Source of the DNA: Bryobacterales bacterium
Lineage (GTDB): Bacteria; Acidobacteriota; Terriglobia; Bryobacterales; UBA6623
Assembly (NCBI GenBank): GCA_963422375.2
Contig: OY729428.2
Coordinates: 1,344,001-1,408,000, forward strand
Direction: 5' to 3'
DNA: 64,000 bases
Shown here piece by piece: positions 40,029-50,593 of this stretch (positions within the stretch are counted from its first letter, which is position 1; every line of letters starts with the position of its first letter). The notes beneath the pieces were generated by a model. That model saw only the letters and a program-made list of their open reading frames with translations. It was not told where the DNA came from and ran no database searches. The translations under genes and the position numbers were made by a program.

Positions 40029-41000
40029 CTACGGGCCGCCGAGAATCTCCCCGTGCGGCTTGCCCTCGGCGAGTTCCGCGTAACGCACTCGGACCTGCTC
40101 GGCGAAGCGGTCCCCGACCCAGTTCGCGACATCGCCCGACAATTCTACGGTGGTCGATACGCCCGCGCCTTCCTCCACCGTCACGATGTTCTCCAGCGCA
40201 GTGCCGTCCTCGAAGGCCTTCCCTGCGGCTGTGTTGATCTCCTTGAAGAACTGCCGCTGCCCTTCCGCGATCTCGCGGCCGCCGGATGGTCCGTGCCCCG
40301 GCAGGAGCTTCTCGAAGTCCAATGCGAGAGCCTTGCCCACCACGTTCGGCCAGTTGCCCGTGTTCCCGTCGCCGGTGTAGTTGAAGGGGCCGTTCACAAT
40401 GGCGTCCCCCGTGCAGAGGATCTTCTCCTCGGGTAGGTAGACCATGCCGTCGCCGCGGGTGTGGGCCCAGCCGAAGTGGTGGAACTCGACACGGCGGCTC
40501 GCTCCCTCCAGAACATGAGGGGTCTCGCTGAATGTCTGCTGCGGGGGCTGTACCGAGTCCTCGCCCACCGCGGCAACGTCTTCTCGCGTGCTGGCAGCCT
40601 GCTGCCAGCGTTCGGGCTCGTAGCGCTCCATCTCCTGGGCCACGCCGACGTAGGCCAGAGTCGTGGCGCCTTCCCTCGTCCAGACCGCGTTGGCGTACGC
40701 GTGGTCGCCGTGATGATGCGTGTCGAACACGTAGCTGACCGGCTTCGAGCTGACCTTCTGGATGTCTTCCATCAGGGCGCGGGCGCCGCTGGGGAAGTTG
40801 GCGTCGACCACCAGCAGGCCCTCGCCGACGTCGATGACGACGTTGTTGCAGTGCCCGTGCTCGCGCTCGCCCATGCGGAACCAGACGCCGTCAGTGACCT
40901 GCTTCAGCGTGTCCGTCTCGGACGGCAGCGGGGGCGTGGACCCGCACGTCCAAACGACGCACAGTCCGATCGTCGCCAAAGCGATTAGAAAGATGCGCAT
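40029..41000 (-). CDS. MBL-fold metallo-hydrolase (cyclase-like), exported
   Basis: THHHGDH, HTRGD, TGD, PGHG. Confidence 0.9.
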   Translation of the reverse strand: MRIFLIALATIGLCVVWTCGSTPPLPSETDTLKQVTDGVWFRMGEREHGHCNNVVIDVGEGLLVVDANFPSGARALMEDIQKVSSKPVSYVFDTHHHGDHAYANAVWTREGATTLAYVGVAQEMERYEPERWQQAASTREDVAAVGEDSVQPPQQTFSETPHVLEGASRRVEFHHFGWAHTRGDGMVYLPEEKILCTGDAIVNGPFNYTGDGNTGNWPNVVGKALALDFEKLLPGHGPSGGREIAEGQRQFFKEINTAAGKAFEDGTALENIVTVEEGAGVSTTVELSGDVANWVGDRFAEQVRVRYAELAEGKPHGEILGGP

Positions 41001-41209
41001 GGTGCAGTCCCAGTCGGGCCGCTCGGGGTCCGACGAGTTGGATTGTACCCCGGACCGCCAGGCCAGACAACCGCTGCGGCGCGAAATTCCTCGCGCGACG
41101 GCCGTCGGCGCGCCGACTGAGCGCCGACCCTGCAGACGATGAGGGTCGAATACAATGGCTCTGCCCGGCGCTCGGGCCGGGCGTCAGGCAGGGAAGGAGA
41201 CTAGCGACG

Positions 41210-42671
41210 ATGTCCAGCGCCAACGCTCTCTCGCGACGGGAACTGCTCGCCGGGGCCGCGGCCGGAACCGGCCTGCTCGCGGCGTGCGGCGGGGAGACCT
41301 TGCCGGGGCCCCGGGCGACATTCCGTCCTAACTTCTTGATCCTCCTGTCCGACCAGCACCGGCCGGACTGGCTCGGGCGGAATCCCGCGATTCCGGTTCC
41401 CACTCCGCACATGGACAGTCTGGCCGCGCGGGGCGTCGACTTCACGCAGGTGATCGTCGCCTCCCCGGTCTGCGGCCCGTCCAGATCCTGCCTGGCCTCG
41501 GGCATGGAGTACGAGAATTGCGGCGTCGAGGTGAACCGCCAGCCCTACAGGCCCGAGATCACGACCTTACTACAAGCACCTCAGGGACAGCGGCTACCAC
41601 ACGATGGCGTGCGGCAAGATCGACCTGCACAAGGGATCGGCCGGCCGGACGCTGGACGGCCGCCAGAACATGGAGGCGTGGGGCTTCTCGGACATGCTGA
41701 TCACCGCGGGCAAGGGCGGGGGGTATCTCGGCGAGCCGGTCGGCCCGAAGGAGCCGTACTACGCTTATCTGGCGTCGCTGAACCCCCCGCTGGACTTGGC
41801 TTGCGCGGAGGATATAGCGAGGCGATCCGAGCCGCGGGAGGAGAACTGGTGGGGCCTGACCGAGCCCTGCCCGCTCGACGACGAGCAGTACCTCGACAAC
41901 TTCACCGCGCGGACCGGCATGGATCTGCTCGAGCGGGCGCCCGACGACAGACCTTGGTTCCTAATCGTCAACTTCAACGGCCCGCATCCGCCGATGGACA
42001 TCACACGGAGGATGGAGCGCCAGTACCGCGGCCCCGACAGGGCTATCGACGGCTTTCCCCAGCCCCAAGGCTACACGGGGCCGTTCGATGCGGAACAGCA
42101 CGTCCGCATCCGTCAGAACTACGCCGCGATGATCGAGAATATCGACCGCTGGCTGGGTGCTTTCCAAGATCGTCTGCGCGAGCGCGGCGAGCTCGACAGC
42201 ACTCTCGTCGTCTATTCCAGCGACCACGGCGAGATGCTCGGCGACCGCGGGCGCTGGGGCAAGAGCGTCCCCTACCAGGCCTCGGCCGGCGTGCCTCTGA
42301 TCATGGCGGGACCGGGCGTGGCGCGCGGCGCGCGGAGCGAAGCGGTCGTGAGCCAGATGGAGCTGGCGGCCTCGGTGCTCGACAGCGCCGGGCTGCGCGT
42401 CCCTAGCGACATGGAGAGCCGCTCGCTCCGGCCGCTGATGGAGTCGGGGAAGGGCGAGCACCGCGAGGTTGCCCGGTCCGCCCTGAAGGTCGGCCGCGCC
42501 CACGCCGGCCGATTCCGCATGGTGCAGGACCGCCGCTTCAAGCTCGTGGAGGGATTCTTCGAGAAGAGGGTCCTGTACGATCGCGAGGCCGACCCGCTCG
42601 AGACTGAGAACGTGGCGGACAGCAAGCCAGGCGAGGTGGCGCGCTTGGAGAGTTTCTTCGCGGATGCCTAG
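41210..42671 (+). pseudogene. Tat-exported sulfatase, frameshifted
   Basis: SRRELL, SDQHR, CGPSRS in first frame; CGKIDLHK, PHPP, SDHGEMLG in second; one extra base near 41567. Confidence 0.8.
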
Positions 42672-42825
42672 ACGCTGTCAATTCGCCGCGTTCGGGGGCC
42701 TTGGAAGGAGCACTTAGATGCGGAATGCCATTCCAGCTAGGGCGGTGCCATCCGTCCAATGGAGGCTGTGCCCGGTCACGCCGGCGGGCGGATCTGCTAA
42801 GCTGAAAGCCGTAGCCCCAGCACGA

Positions 42826-45702
42826 ATGAAAGCCCTGCCCGCACTCGTATCGACGCTTCTTTTGCTCTCGCCCCAGCCTGCGCCGGCCTCGGAACCGGCG
42901 GCCGTCGCGGCTGTCGCCACTGACGCAGGAAAGTTCGGCCAGGACGTCCGGGCCGATGTCGACGAGGTCCGCAGGGCCGTCCAGGCGTTCAAGCGGATCA
43001 CGGCCGCTGCCAGTCTCCGCCCGGGCCAGCACAAGGCAGGCCGGGCGGCAACGGCGGCGGGCCGGACTGCCTCCTGGCACGGGCGGGTCTTCGAGTACTT
43101 GCGCAATGACAGGCTGGACGCGGTGCCCCACGAGGTGGTCCAGCGCGGCGGGGATCGCAACCTGCGGCGCAGGAACCAGTTCGGCTTCACCGTCAGCGGC
43201 CCGGTCGTGGTGCCGAAGCTGTACGACGGCCGCCGGTCGACCTTCTTCACCTTGTCCTACGAAGGGACGCGCGAACGCGTCGGCCGGTCGTACCTCTACA
43301 CCGTACCGACGGACCAGCAGCGCCTCGGGGACTTTTCCGACCTGGTTGATCGCGCGGGCCGACCTCTGACGATCTTCGACCCGGCCTCGACGCGGCGCAA
43401 TCCAGCCCACGATGCGTCGAGGAAGGTCGGCCGGGCGAACCTCCTGCACGAGCGCGACGAGTTCCCCGGCAATCGCATCCCCGAATACCGCACGGACCGC
43501 GTGGCCCGGGCGGCGGTCGGAGCGTATCCCCGCCCCAACGCCAGCGCGGGCCCGTTCCTGCGCAACAACTACTGGACGAATCCTTCGGAGCGGAACTCGC
43601 CCGACGGATTCATCGCGCGCGTGGACCGCAGCATCGGCGACACGCACAAGATCACTGTCCGGGCCAACTCGTCTCACGGCGTCTCCGACACGCCGGACCT
43701 CTTCCCGACGGTCGCCAACCCGGGCCGGCCGGACCGCCTCTTCCGGAATAGGAGCGTCGAAGTCGCTGAATCGGCCAGCCTCACGCCGAACCTCGTGTAC
43801 AGGGGAGCCGTCGAGGCCGACCTGGACCTCATCGACACGCTTTCGTTGGTCGAGGGACGGGACCTCCCGCGCGAGCTGGGGCTCGACGGCGTGGACGGCA
43901 CGGTCTTCCCGTCGCTGCGGTTCCGCGGATACCGCGGCATGGGGGCGTCTCCGGGTTCCTTCTTGTGCAACGCCCTGGCCACTTACGAGTGGAAGAACGA
44001 ACTGACATTGCGTGACGGCAAGCACACCTGGACGGTGGACAGCGACAGCAAGTTCGTCCGTTTCGGCACCCACGAGCTGGACGCCCCATCCGGCGAGTTC
44101 TCGTTCAGCGACCGCATCACCGGCTTGCCGGGGGTCACCAATACCGGCGACGGGTTCGCGACGTTCCTGCTGGGCGAGGCGTGGCGGGCGGAGGCGACCG
44201 ATCAGCCGCATCCGGCGTACCTGCGCCGCAGCGAGTTCGAGAACTCGCTCGCCGACCAGTGGCAGGTCGCCCCGAACCTCACCCTGACACTGCGGCTCAG
44301 GATGAGCGCTTCCAGCCCGCGGACCGAGAAGCACGACCGCCAGTCGACCTTCGACCCGGGGGCGGAGAACCCCTCCGCGGGAGGCGAGGGCGCGCTCGTG
44401 TTCGCGCGCCGGGACGGCGCCGGCCGCGCCTTCCAGCCGTACCGGGTCCGGTTCGAGCCGCGGCTGGGCGTCTCGTGGAGTCCCTCGTCGGACCGCGACA
44501 CCGTGGTGCGGGGCACCGCCATGCGCTACTACACGCCGGTTCCCCTGCGCACCGGGCCGTTCGGCACGCAGGGCTTTTCGGGCCGGCGCCTGCCGATTTC
44601 GCCCAACCGGCAGCTCGTCCCGGCAGTGACGCTGGAGGACGGCATCCCGGCCCTGCCCCACCCGCTGCCGGATTTGCGGGGCGACGTGGCGAACAACACC
44701 GACGTGGACATGATCCCCCGCACGGGCGCCCAGCCGACCTACAACTACCTCAGCCTCGAGGTGGAGCGCCGGCTGCCCGCGGGGCTGGCCGTGCGGGCGA
44801 GGGCGCGCACGATCCGCGGCCGCGACATGCTGATCGGCGGTCACATCGTCGGCATGAACGAGATCCCGGCGAGCGCGCTGGTGTATCGCGACCGCTTGAA
44901 CGACGAGGCGTTCCGACGCTCGCTGCGCGCGTTCCCGCACGTGCAGCGGATCCGCTTGAACTACCAGTATCCGGGCGGCAAATACCGCTACGACGAAGGT
45001 CTCGTGAACCTGAAGAAGCGCACCGGCGACGGCCTCAGCTTCGATCTGGAGTACGCCTACCGCAAGCGCCGGGACGACTATTCGGGCCCGGGCATCCAGG
45101 TTCCCAGCGACCGCGGCACGGCTTGGGGCCTGAGCCGCGGGATGCGCCCGGAACGGTTTTCGATGAGTTACACCTACGAGCTGCCGTTCGGGCCGGGCAA
45201 GGTTCTCTTCGCGCGCGACAGGCTGTGGACGAAGCTGGTATCGGACTGGTCGGTGAGTGGCTTCACCTCTTGGTACAGCGGGGATCCGATCGCGCTAGAG
45301 CCCCTCTTCAACAACACGGGCGGGATCGTGCGCTATCTGCGCGTGGCCGCCGTCCCGGGCGCGGACCCGCACGTGGCCGAGCCCGGCCCGAACGCTTGGT
45401 TCAACGCCCATGCGTTCGTAGACCCCGCCGACTTCTCGCTTGGGAACGTGCCGCGCACGCACCCGACCCTGCGGAACCCGAGCTACCGCAACCACGACAT
45501 CGCCATCACGAAGCGAGTGGTGCTGCCTCGGGAGCAGACGGTAGAGCTGCTGGTGCAGGGCTTCAACTTCATCAACCAGGGCAACTGGAACGATCCCGAC
45601 GCGGAAATCGGCCCGGCCCATGCCCGGAACGTCAACGCCGGCAGGATCATCGGATCGCGCGGGGGGCGGGTGCTGCAGCTCGGCCTGCGCTACCATTTCT
45701 GA
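42826..45702 (+). CDS. Oar-like TonB-dependent receptor beta-barrel, N-terminus very short
   Basis: HGRVFEYLRNDRLDA, RNQFGFTVSGP, TFFTLSYEG, FEPRLGVSW, YELPFGPGK, terminal QLGLRYHF. Confidence 0.85.
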   Translation: MKALPALVSTLLLLSPQPAPASEPAAVAAVATDAGKFGQDVRADVDEVRRAVQAFKRITAAASLRPGQHKAGRAATAAGRTASWHGRVFEYLRNDRLDAVPHEVVQRGGDRNLRRRNQFGFTVSGPVVVPKLYDGRRSTFFTLSYEGTRERVGRSYLYTVPTDQQRLGDFSDLVDRAGRPLTIFDPASTRRNPAHDASRKVGRANLLHERDEFPGNRIPEYRTDRVARAAVGAYPRPNASAGPFLRNNYWTNPSERNSPDGFIARVDRSIGDTHKITVRANSSHGVSDTPDLFPTVANPGRPDRLFRNRSVEVAESASLTPNLVYRGAVEADLDLIDTLSLVEGRDLPRELGLDGVDGTVFPSLRFRGYRGMGASPGSFLCNALATYEWKNELTLRDGKHTWTVDSDSKFVRFGTHELDAPSGEFSFSDRITGLPGVTNTGDGFATFLLGEAWRAEATDQPHPAYLRRSEFENSLADQWQVAPNLTLTLRLRMSASSPRTEKHDRQSTFDPGAENPSAGGEGALVFARRDGAGRAFQPYRVRFEPRLGVSWSPSSDRDTVVRGTAMRYYTPVPLRTGPFGTQGFSGRRLPISPNRQLVPAVTLEDGIPALPHPLPDLRGDVANNTDVDMIPRTGAQPTYNYLSLEVERRLPAGLAVRARARTIRGRDMLIGGHIVGMNEIPASALVYRDRLNDEAFRRSLRAFPHVQRIRLNYQYPGGKYRYDEGLVNLKKRTGDGLSFDLEYAYRKRRDDYSGPGIQVPSDRGTAWGLSRGMRPERFSMSYTYELPFGPGKVLFARDRLWTKLVSDWSVSGFTSWYSGDPIALEPLFNNTGGIVRYLRVAAVPGADPHVAEPGPNAWFNAHAFVDPADFSLGNVPRTHPTLRNPSYRNHDIAITKRVVLPREQTVELLVQGFNFINQGNWNDPDAEIGPAHARNVNAGRIIGSRGGRVLQLGLRYHF

Positions 45703-45705
45703 CCC

Positions 45706-46602
45706 GTGCGAGCGGCTGCGCCTCTCGTGCTCGCGCTGGCCCTGGCGTCGCTCGCGCGGGCCGAGGCCCTGAAGACGCCCGTCTGGGCCGAGGGGCCGGT
45801 CGGCGCGTTCGAGGTCACGCTCGACGGAGCGCGAGCGGAGGTGCTGTCCGTCCAGACGCCCGAGGACAACCTTGTCCTGCTGGTCGTGCTGGACACCGTG
45901 CGGTATCCCGACCGAGCCGTCGCGGCTGGCGAGGCGCTGGTCGCCGGGTTGCGCGGTCTCGGGCCGCGGTACTACGCCGGCCTGCTGACCGCGCAGGACG
46001 GGCTAACGGTCCTGCAGGACCCCATCCGGGGCCGCAAGAAGCTGCAGGAGGCCTTGGAATCGGTCGATGTCCGCGGCCTCCCCGGGCTGCTGGAGGTGAT
46101 CGCCGAGACTTCGCGGCTCGCCGACCGGACCTTTGCCGCCGCCAACGTGCGTCTGGCGGCCCTGTTCCTCACCGATGGGGCTATCGAGGACTATCGCGGC
46201 GACTACACGATTCCGGTGGTGAACCCGAGCGACCGCAGCGACCTGAGCCGCCGATTCCGGGGGCAGCTGATTCTCGAGCGCGTGCGCTCCATTGCCGACC
46301 AGCTGCAGTCGGCGCAAGCGCCGCTCTTCTTCCTGCACTTGGCTCGCAGCCACGACGAGCTCAACGAGGTGTATCAGAACGGCATCAGCGAGTTCGCCCG
46401 GCTCACCGGCGGCCAAGCGCTCTTCGCGCAGGCAGTGCAGGAAGTGCCGGCCATGGTAGGGCAGTTGCTCGACGCGATTGCCGGGCACTCGGTCCTGCGG
46501 ATCGAAGCGGACTGCGACGGAGCGCACCGGCTGGCCGTCCGTCTGGGCGGCGAGCCGGTCCGGCACAGGGAGTCGGTCAGCTGCCCGCCGGAGGCACCCT
46601 AA
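45706..46602 (+). CDS. Secreted VWA-like protein
   Basis: Signal peptide; LVVLD, LFLTDG, ARLTGG; 3 nt downstream of the barrel gene. Confidence 0.65.
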   Translation: MRAAAPLVLALALASLARAEALKTPVWAEGPVGAFEVTLDGARAEVLSVQTPEDNLVLLVVLDTVRYPDRAVAAGEALVAGLRGLGPRYYAGLLTAQDGLTVLQDPIRGRKKLQEALESVDVRGLPGLLEVIAETSRLADRTFAAANVRLAALFLTDGAIEDYRGDYTIPVVNPSDRSDLSRRFRGQLILERVRSIADQLQSAQAPLFFLHLARSHDELNEVYQNGISEFARLTGGQALFAQAVQEVPAMVGQLLDAIAGHSVLRIEADCDGAHRLAVRLGGEPVRHRESVSCPPEAP

Positions 46603-46659
46603 CGCCTGCCTTGCAGCAGTACCGGATCTGACGGCGGTTTATACTCACAAGCAAAGACG

Positions 46660-47586
46660 ATGCCCCTCCTGACTCGCGCGCTCGTCGCGGCCCTTGCGGT
46701 CCTCCTCTCCACTTGGACCGGCTTTGCTCAACAGGGCAATCGCGAGCGACCGCTTCCTCCCGGCATCACCAAGCACGCCGACGTGACCTACGCCTCGGTC
46801 GGCGGCCGCGACCTTCGCGTGGACGTATACGCTCCTGCTCAACGGCCGGACCCGCCGATCCCGGCGGTCGTGTGGGTCCACGGGGGCGGCTGGCGGGGAG
46901 GCTCGAAGAACGGCGTCGGCCGCTCGCTGCCGATCCTTGCCAGCGGATACGGCTTGGTCTCGGTCGAATACCGCCTGAGCGGCGAGGCGATCTTCCCCGC
47001 TGCGATCGCCGATGTCAAGGCCGCGATGCGCTGGGTGCGGGCCAACGCCGGAAACTACGGATTCGATCCTGCGCGCTTGGGCGCTTGGGGCTCGTCCGCC
47101 GGAGGCCACTTGGTGGCCTTGCTCGGCACGGCACACGAGGTCGAGGAATGGGACGGGCTTCACGAAGAGAACGCCGGCGTGTCCTCCCGGCCCGATGCCG
47201 TCTGCAACTGGTTCGGCCCGACGGACTTCCTGCGCATGAACGACATTCCCGGCCGGATCGACCACGACGCAGCGGATTCCCCAGAGTCGAAGTTTATTGG
47301 CGGGCCGATCCAGGATCATCCAGAGAAGGCCCAGCGCGCCAATCCGATCCGCTACGTCACTTCCGACGACCCGCCGATGCTGCACATGCACGGGGAATTG
47401 GACGGGTCGGTCCCGTACAACCAAAGCGAGCTGTTCCACGCGGCACTCGACACGGCCGGACTCGACTCGACTTTGTACATGGTCAAGGGCGGCGACCATG
47501 GGTTTCGCGGGATGGAAGGCGACACCCCGGAGAGCCTTCTCAAGATGGTCGTGGAGTTCTTCGACCGCACGCTGCGTCGGCCCTGA
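46660..47586 (+). CDS. Alpha/beta hydrolase (BD-FAE-like esterase)
   Basis: HGGGW, GSSAGG, HGELD, GGDHG. Confidence 0.92.
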   Translation: MPLLTRALVAALAVLLSTWTGFAQQGNRERPLPPGITKHADVTYASVGGRDLRVDVYAPAQRPDPPIPAVVWVHGGGWRGGSKNGVGRSLPILASGYGLVSVEYRLSGEAIFPAAIADVKAAMRWVRANAGNYGFDPARLGAWGSSAGGHLVALLGTAHEVEEWDGLHEENAGVSSRPDAVCNWFGPTDFLRMNDIPGRIDHDAADSPESKFIGGPIQDHPEKAQRANPIRYVTSDDPPMLHMHGELDGSVPYNQSELFHAALDTAGLDSTLYMVKGGDHGFRGMEGDTPESLLKMVVEFFDRTLRRP

Positions 47587-47833
47587 GGCGAGTTCGAGTC
47601 GGGACACCGAGGGGGCGGGGTACCGGTCTCTCTAGCATTCGTTCGTCCCCTACCTGGCTATCCACTGGGCAAGCTTGGGCGCGAACGCCTCAACGGCCAT
47701 GCTCCGTGTTGCTCGCGAGGCCTTGCAACGTTTGACGATAAGTGTAGATTTTCAAGCTAAACCGTGAGAATACGGCCATTCTTCACCGGATTGTTTCGCA
47801 GGGCGAAGCGCCTCCAAGTGGAATAAGTCGGGA

Positions 47834-48200
47834 ATGGCCGCACTAGCGGGCACCTTGGTGGAGGCCTCTCGGCTGTACGGAAGCCTCCACGCCGCCCGCC
47901 GCCGCCATGCCGTCTTCGTCTGCTGCGATCGCCACGGCGCGCTGTGCGACACCGAGCTCGCCGACTCCCGGCCCCTGCCCGGCGGAAGTACATTCAAGGG
48001 CATGGCCCCGTGTTGTTTCGGGCTGGCCACCGGCCGCGACGAGCCTCGGGCGATCCTGCTCGTGGAAGGTGCCGTCGACGCCCTTTCGGCCGCGCAACTG
48101 GCGCTCCCGGGCCTGCCCCGGCAGACCCTCGTCGCCTCCGCGGCCGGTCTCGCCTCGGCCGCGCACCGCTGGCTGTCCGCCCCGCATAGCGCCGCTCCGA
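47834..48200 (+). pseudogene. Toprim-domain remnant (plasmid/ICE-type)
   Basis: AVFV..FKGMAP..ILLVEGAVDALS fragment; remainder degenerate. Confidence 0.5.
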
Positions 48201-48689
48201 GCCAACGGGGACGCCCGGCCCGAGCGCCCCGGGCTGCTGCCCTCCGACTGCAAGACACAACCGCAGCCCCCAGCCCTTCACCGAGACATCACCCCTCTCT
48301 TCCTGCAGTAGCGGATCAAAGGGAGCAAGCGCTTCTTTCCACCGGAGGAATAATCTGAGAACTTCCGATGGAATTAATGTGAGATCCTACACTACGGGGC
48401 GCAAATCGCAGGACGCCGTTCCTCATTCGGCCTTCTCAATCGCAGGTCCCGTGTCCCGCACGTCCTGAACGGCCCACACCGAGAAACCGCCCCGCTCACC
48501 GACAATATTCGACGATTGGCAAGCGGCGATGGAGTCGGTACGAAATCGCCTTGCCAGTCGAAGCCACGAAGCTGCAGCACCGTGCCGGTCGGCGGTGCCT
48601 GTTGCGGCTCTGCAGCGGTCACGGCCAGAAGCGTGTCGCGCCCCCTCCGAAGACAGCCACACCTTGGGGCTGCAGTTACGGGACCTCGA

Positions 48690-49390
48690 GCAAGAGTGCG
48701 GAGACCCGCCACCGCCCAATCACGCGCTTCGTGCCGCTCAAGTCGGACAAGTCGCTGGCGCCGCAGTGCTTCCGGCGGATCACCTCGCGGGTTGTGCGTG
48801 CGCACGGAACTGACTATCCAGATCCGCGACTTCCTGCCGGAGCGGGGCATCGCCGTGCCGCAGGGCAAGGCCAACTCGGCGGTGGGTTTGCCGCGCCTTC
48901 TCAAGGACGCGGAGATCGGCCTCGTGGGCCGCATGCGGCAGACCATCGACTCCATAGCGGCCGAGTGGTCGGGACCGAACCGGCGCGAAGCCGAGCTCGA
49001 CCGCGAGGCCGCGCTGGAGTCCAAGCGCAGCGAGGGCTGCCGGCGGCTGAACGGAGTCTTGACATCGGCGCACTGATCGCGACCGCGGTCGGCGATGGGA
49101 CGGCCTTAGGGATGGACTGGACCTGAAGCGGCGGGAGGACTCGCCAGGCGGCAAGAAGCGTCTAGGATGCATCAGCAAATGCGGCACGCGCTACCGGCTC
49201 ACGCTGCCGATGCGCGGGACCGGACGGGCTGGTAGCGCCGTCCAAGCAAGCGGGTCGACGGATTGGGCCGCTGGCTGTAGCGGATCCTGGCCGGTGAGCC
49301 CCGGCACGTGGTGGTCGCGGCCCTCGTCGTCCGTCTGAGGGGTGGTCTGTGGCACAAGCGGAAATCCGGCGATGGATTCAAGCCGTGATG
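48690..49390 (+). pseudogene. IS110-family transposase remnant
   Basis: RFVPLKS, QIRDFLPERGI, CRRL..IGALIATA, GGKKRLGCISKCG, VVAAL; multiple frameshifts and stops. Confidence 0.75.
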
Positions 49391-49911
49391 CCAAACGGAG
49401 GATGCCCCCCAATTGTAATACAGCCTAACGAAAGGAGGGCACGTCGCTATATTTCAAGTCGGACCGCCAGATGCTATTGGATTTGTTTGTCTCTCCCTAG
49501 GTTCCTACGCGCCATACTGGCGCTGGTGGCATGAATACCGGCGCAAGACGCTCAATCTCACTGCTGGAACGGATGTGCATAACGCTTATTGCCCAGAATC
49601 CTGAGTCGCTTTCGAGTGATCGCAGGCAAGTGGCAGAGGATCTTCCAAACTATCAAACCATGGTCCGATGAGCAGCGAGGAGAGGAATCTCGGATCAAGG
49701 CGAGGCTAGCCCACTTTGACGTTGTTGCTATCGAACTTGATCATAGAAGCTGGTTTGCACACGACGAAGTTGCGTGAATCGTATATCAATTGCTGGCATC
49801 AGGATGAAGAATCACTTCTGGAGTTGAATGAGGATCGGAGTGGAGTTCGTCCCTTTAGCACTTCGAGTCTTGAGCCAACTAGTGGGGCAGGGAAGTCAGA
49901 GATCCTAAGTA

Positions 49912-50166
49912 GTGCCTGTGACAAAACTCGTATCCCCTGGACAACAAAGGCGTTAGGTCCAATCTCTCAAGGCGAAGATTTCACTGGAATGCTACGACTA
50001 GTCCGAAATCCTGCCAATTCTGGGTAGAGCGCGGAAATCTTCGCGATTGACGGCTGAGCAACTTCCGACCTTGGGCGCTATATATTGTGCTTGGAGATCC
50101 ATCCGACATCAAGATGTAGTATGAAATGCTGATCAGGCCAGAATTCAGGGGTTTTGTCACAAGCAC
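49912..50166. mobile_element. 255-bp MITE, copy 1
   Basis: TIRs GTGCCTGTGACAAAAC / GTTTTGTCACAAGCAC; TAAGTA on both flanks; homologous to 62014-62268. Confidence 0.85.
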
Positions 50167-50593
50167 TAAGTAGTGAGGTTGTGTGGGGAATCGTCGGCAA
50201 GAGCAGCGGATACATCAGACAATCGGGGGGCGTCTCACCATGCGTCAGGGGACTCTAGGCGAGTTTTCCCAAGACCCACTCGGCATACCGCAGGCTGCGT
50301 TGGCGGCCAATCTAGGTGAGCAGGGGACACTGCTGCGTGAACTGCCGGTCCAACCGATGCCGTAGGCCGTTCGGCACCCGCGACGTCTAGGCCTACCCTG
50401 CATGCTTGCAGCACAGCGGAGCGCCCTTCGCGACCGGGCGTTCGTCGCTGGGCGCGCGGGTTCGTGCTTCCGACCGGCGGTGACCTCGCCATAGCCAAGG
50501 CAACGCACGACGGGAATCCGCCCCCGCTGCGACGAGGCTTCCGGTGACGACCCGGCGCATGCGTGCGAGCTCGCTCGCTTCCCCGCAGCCGCG

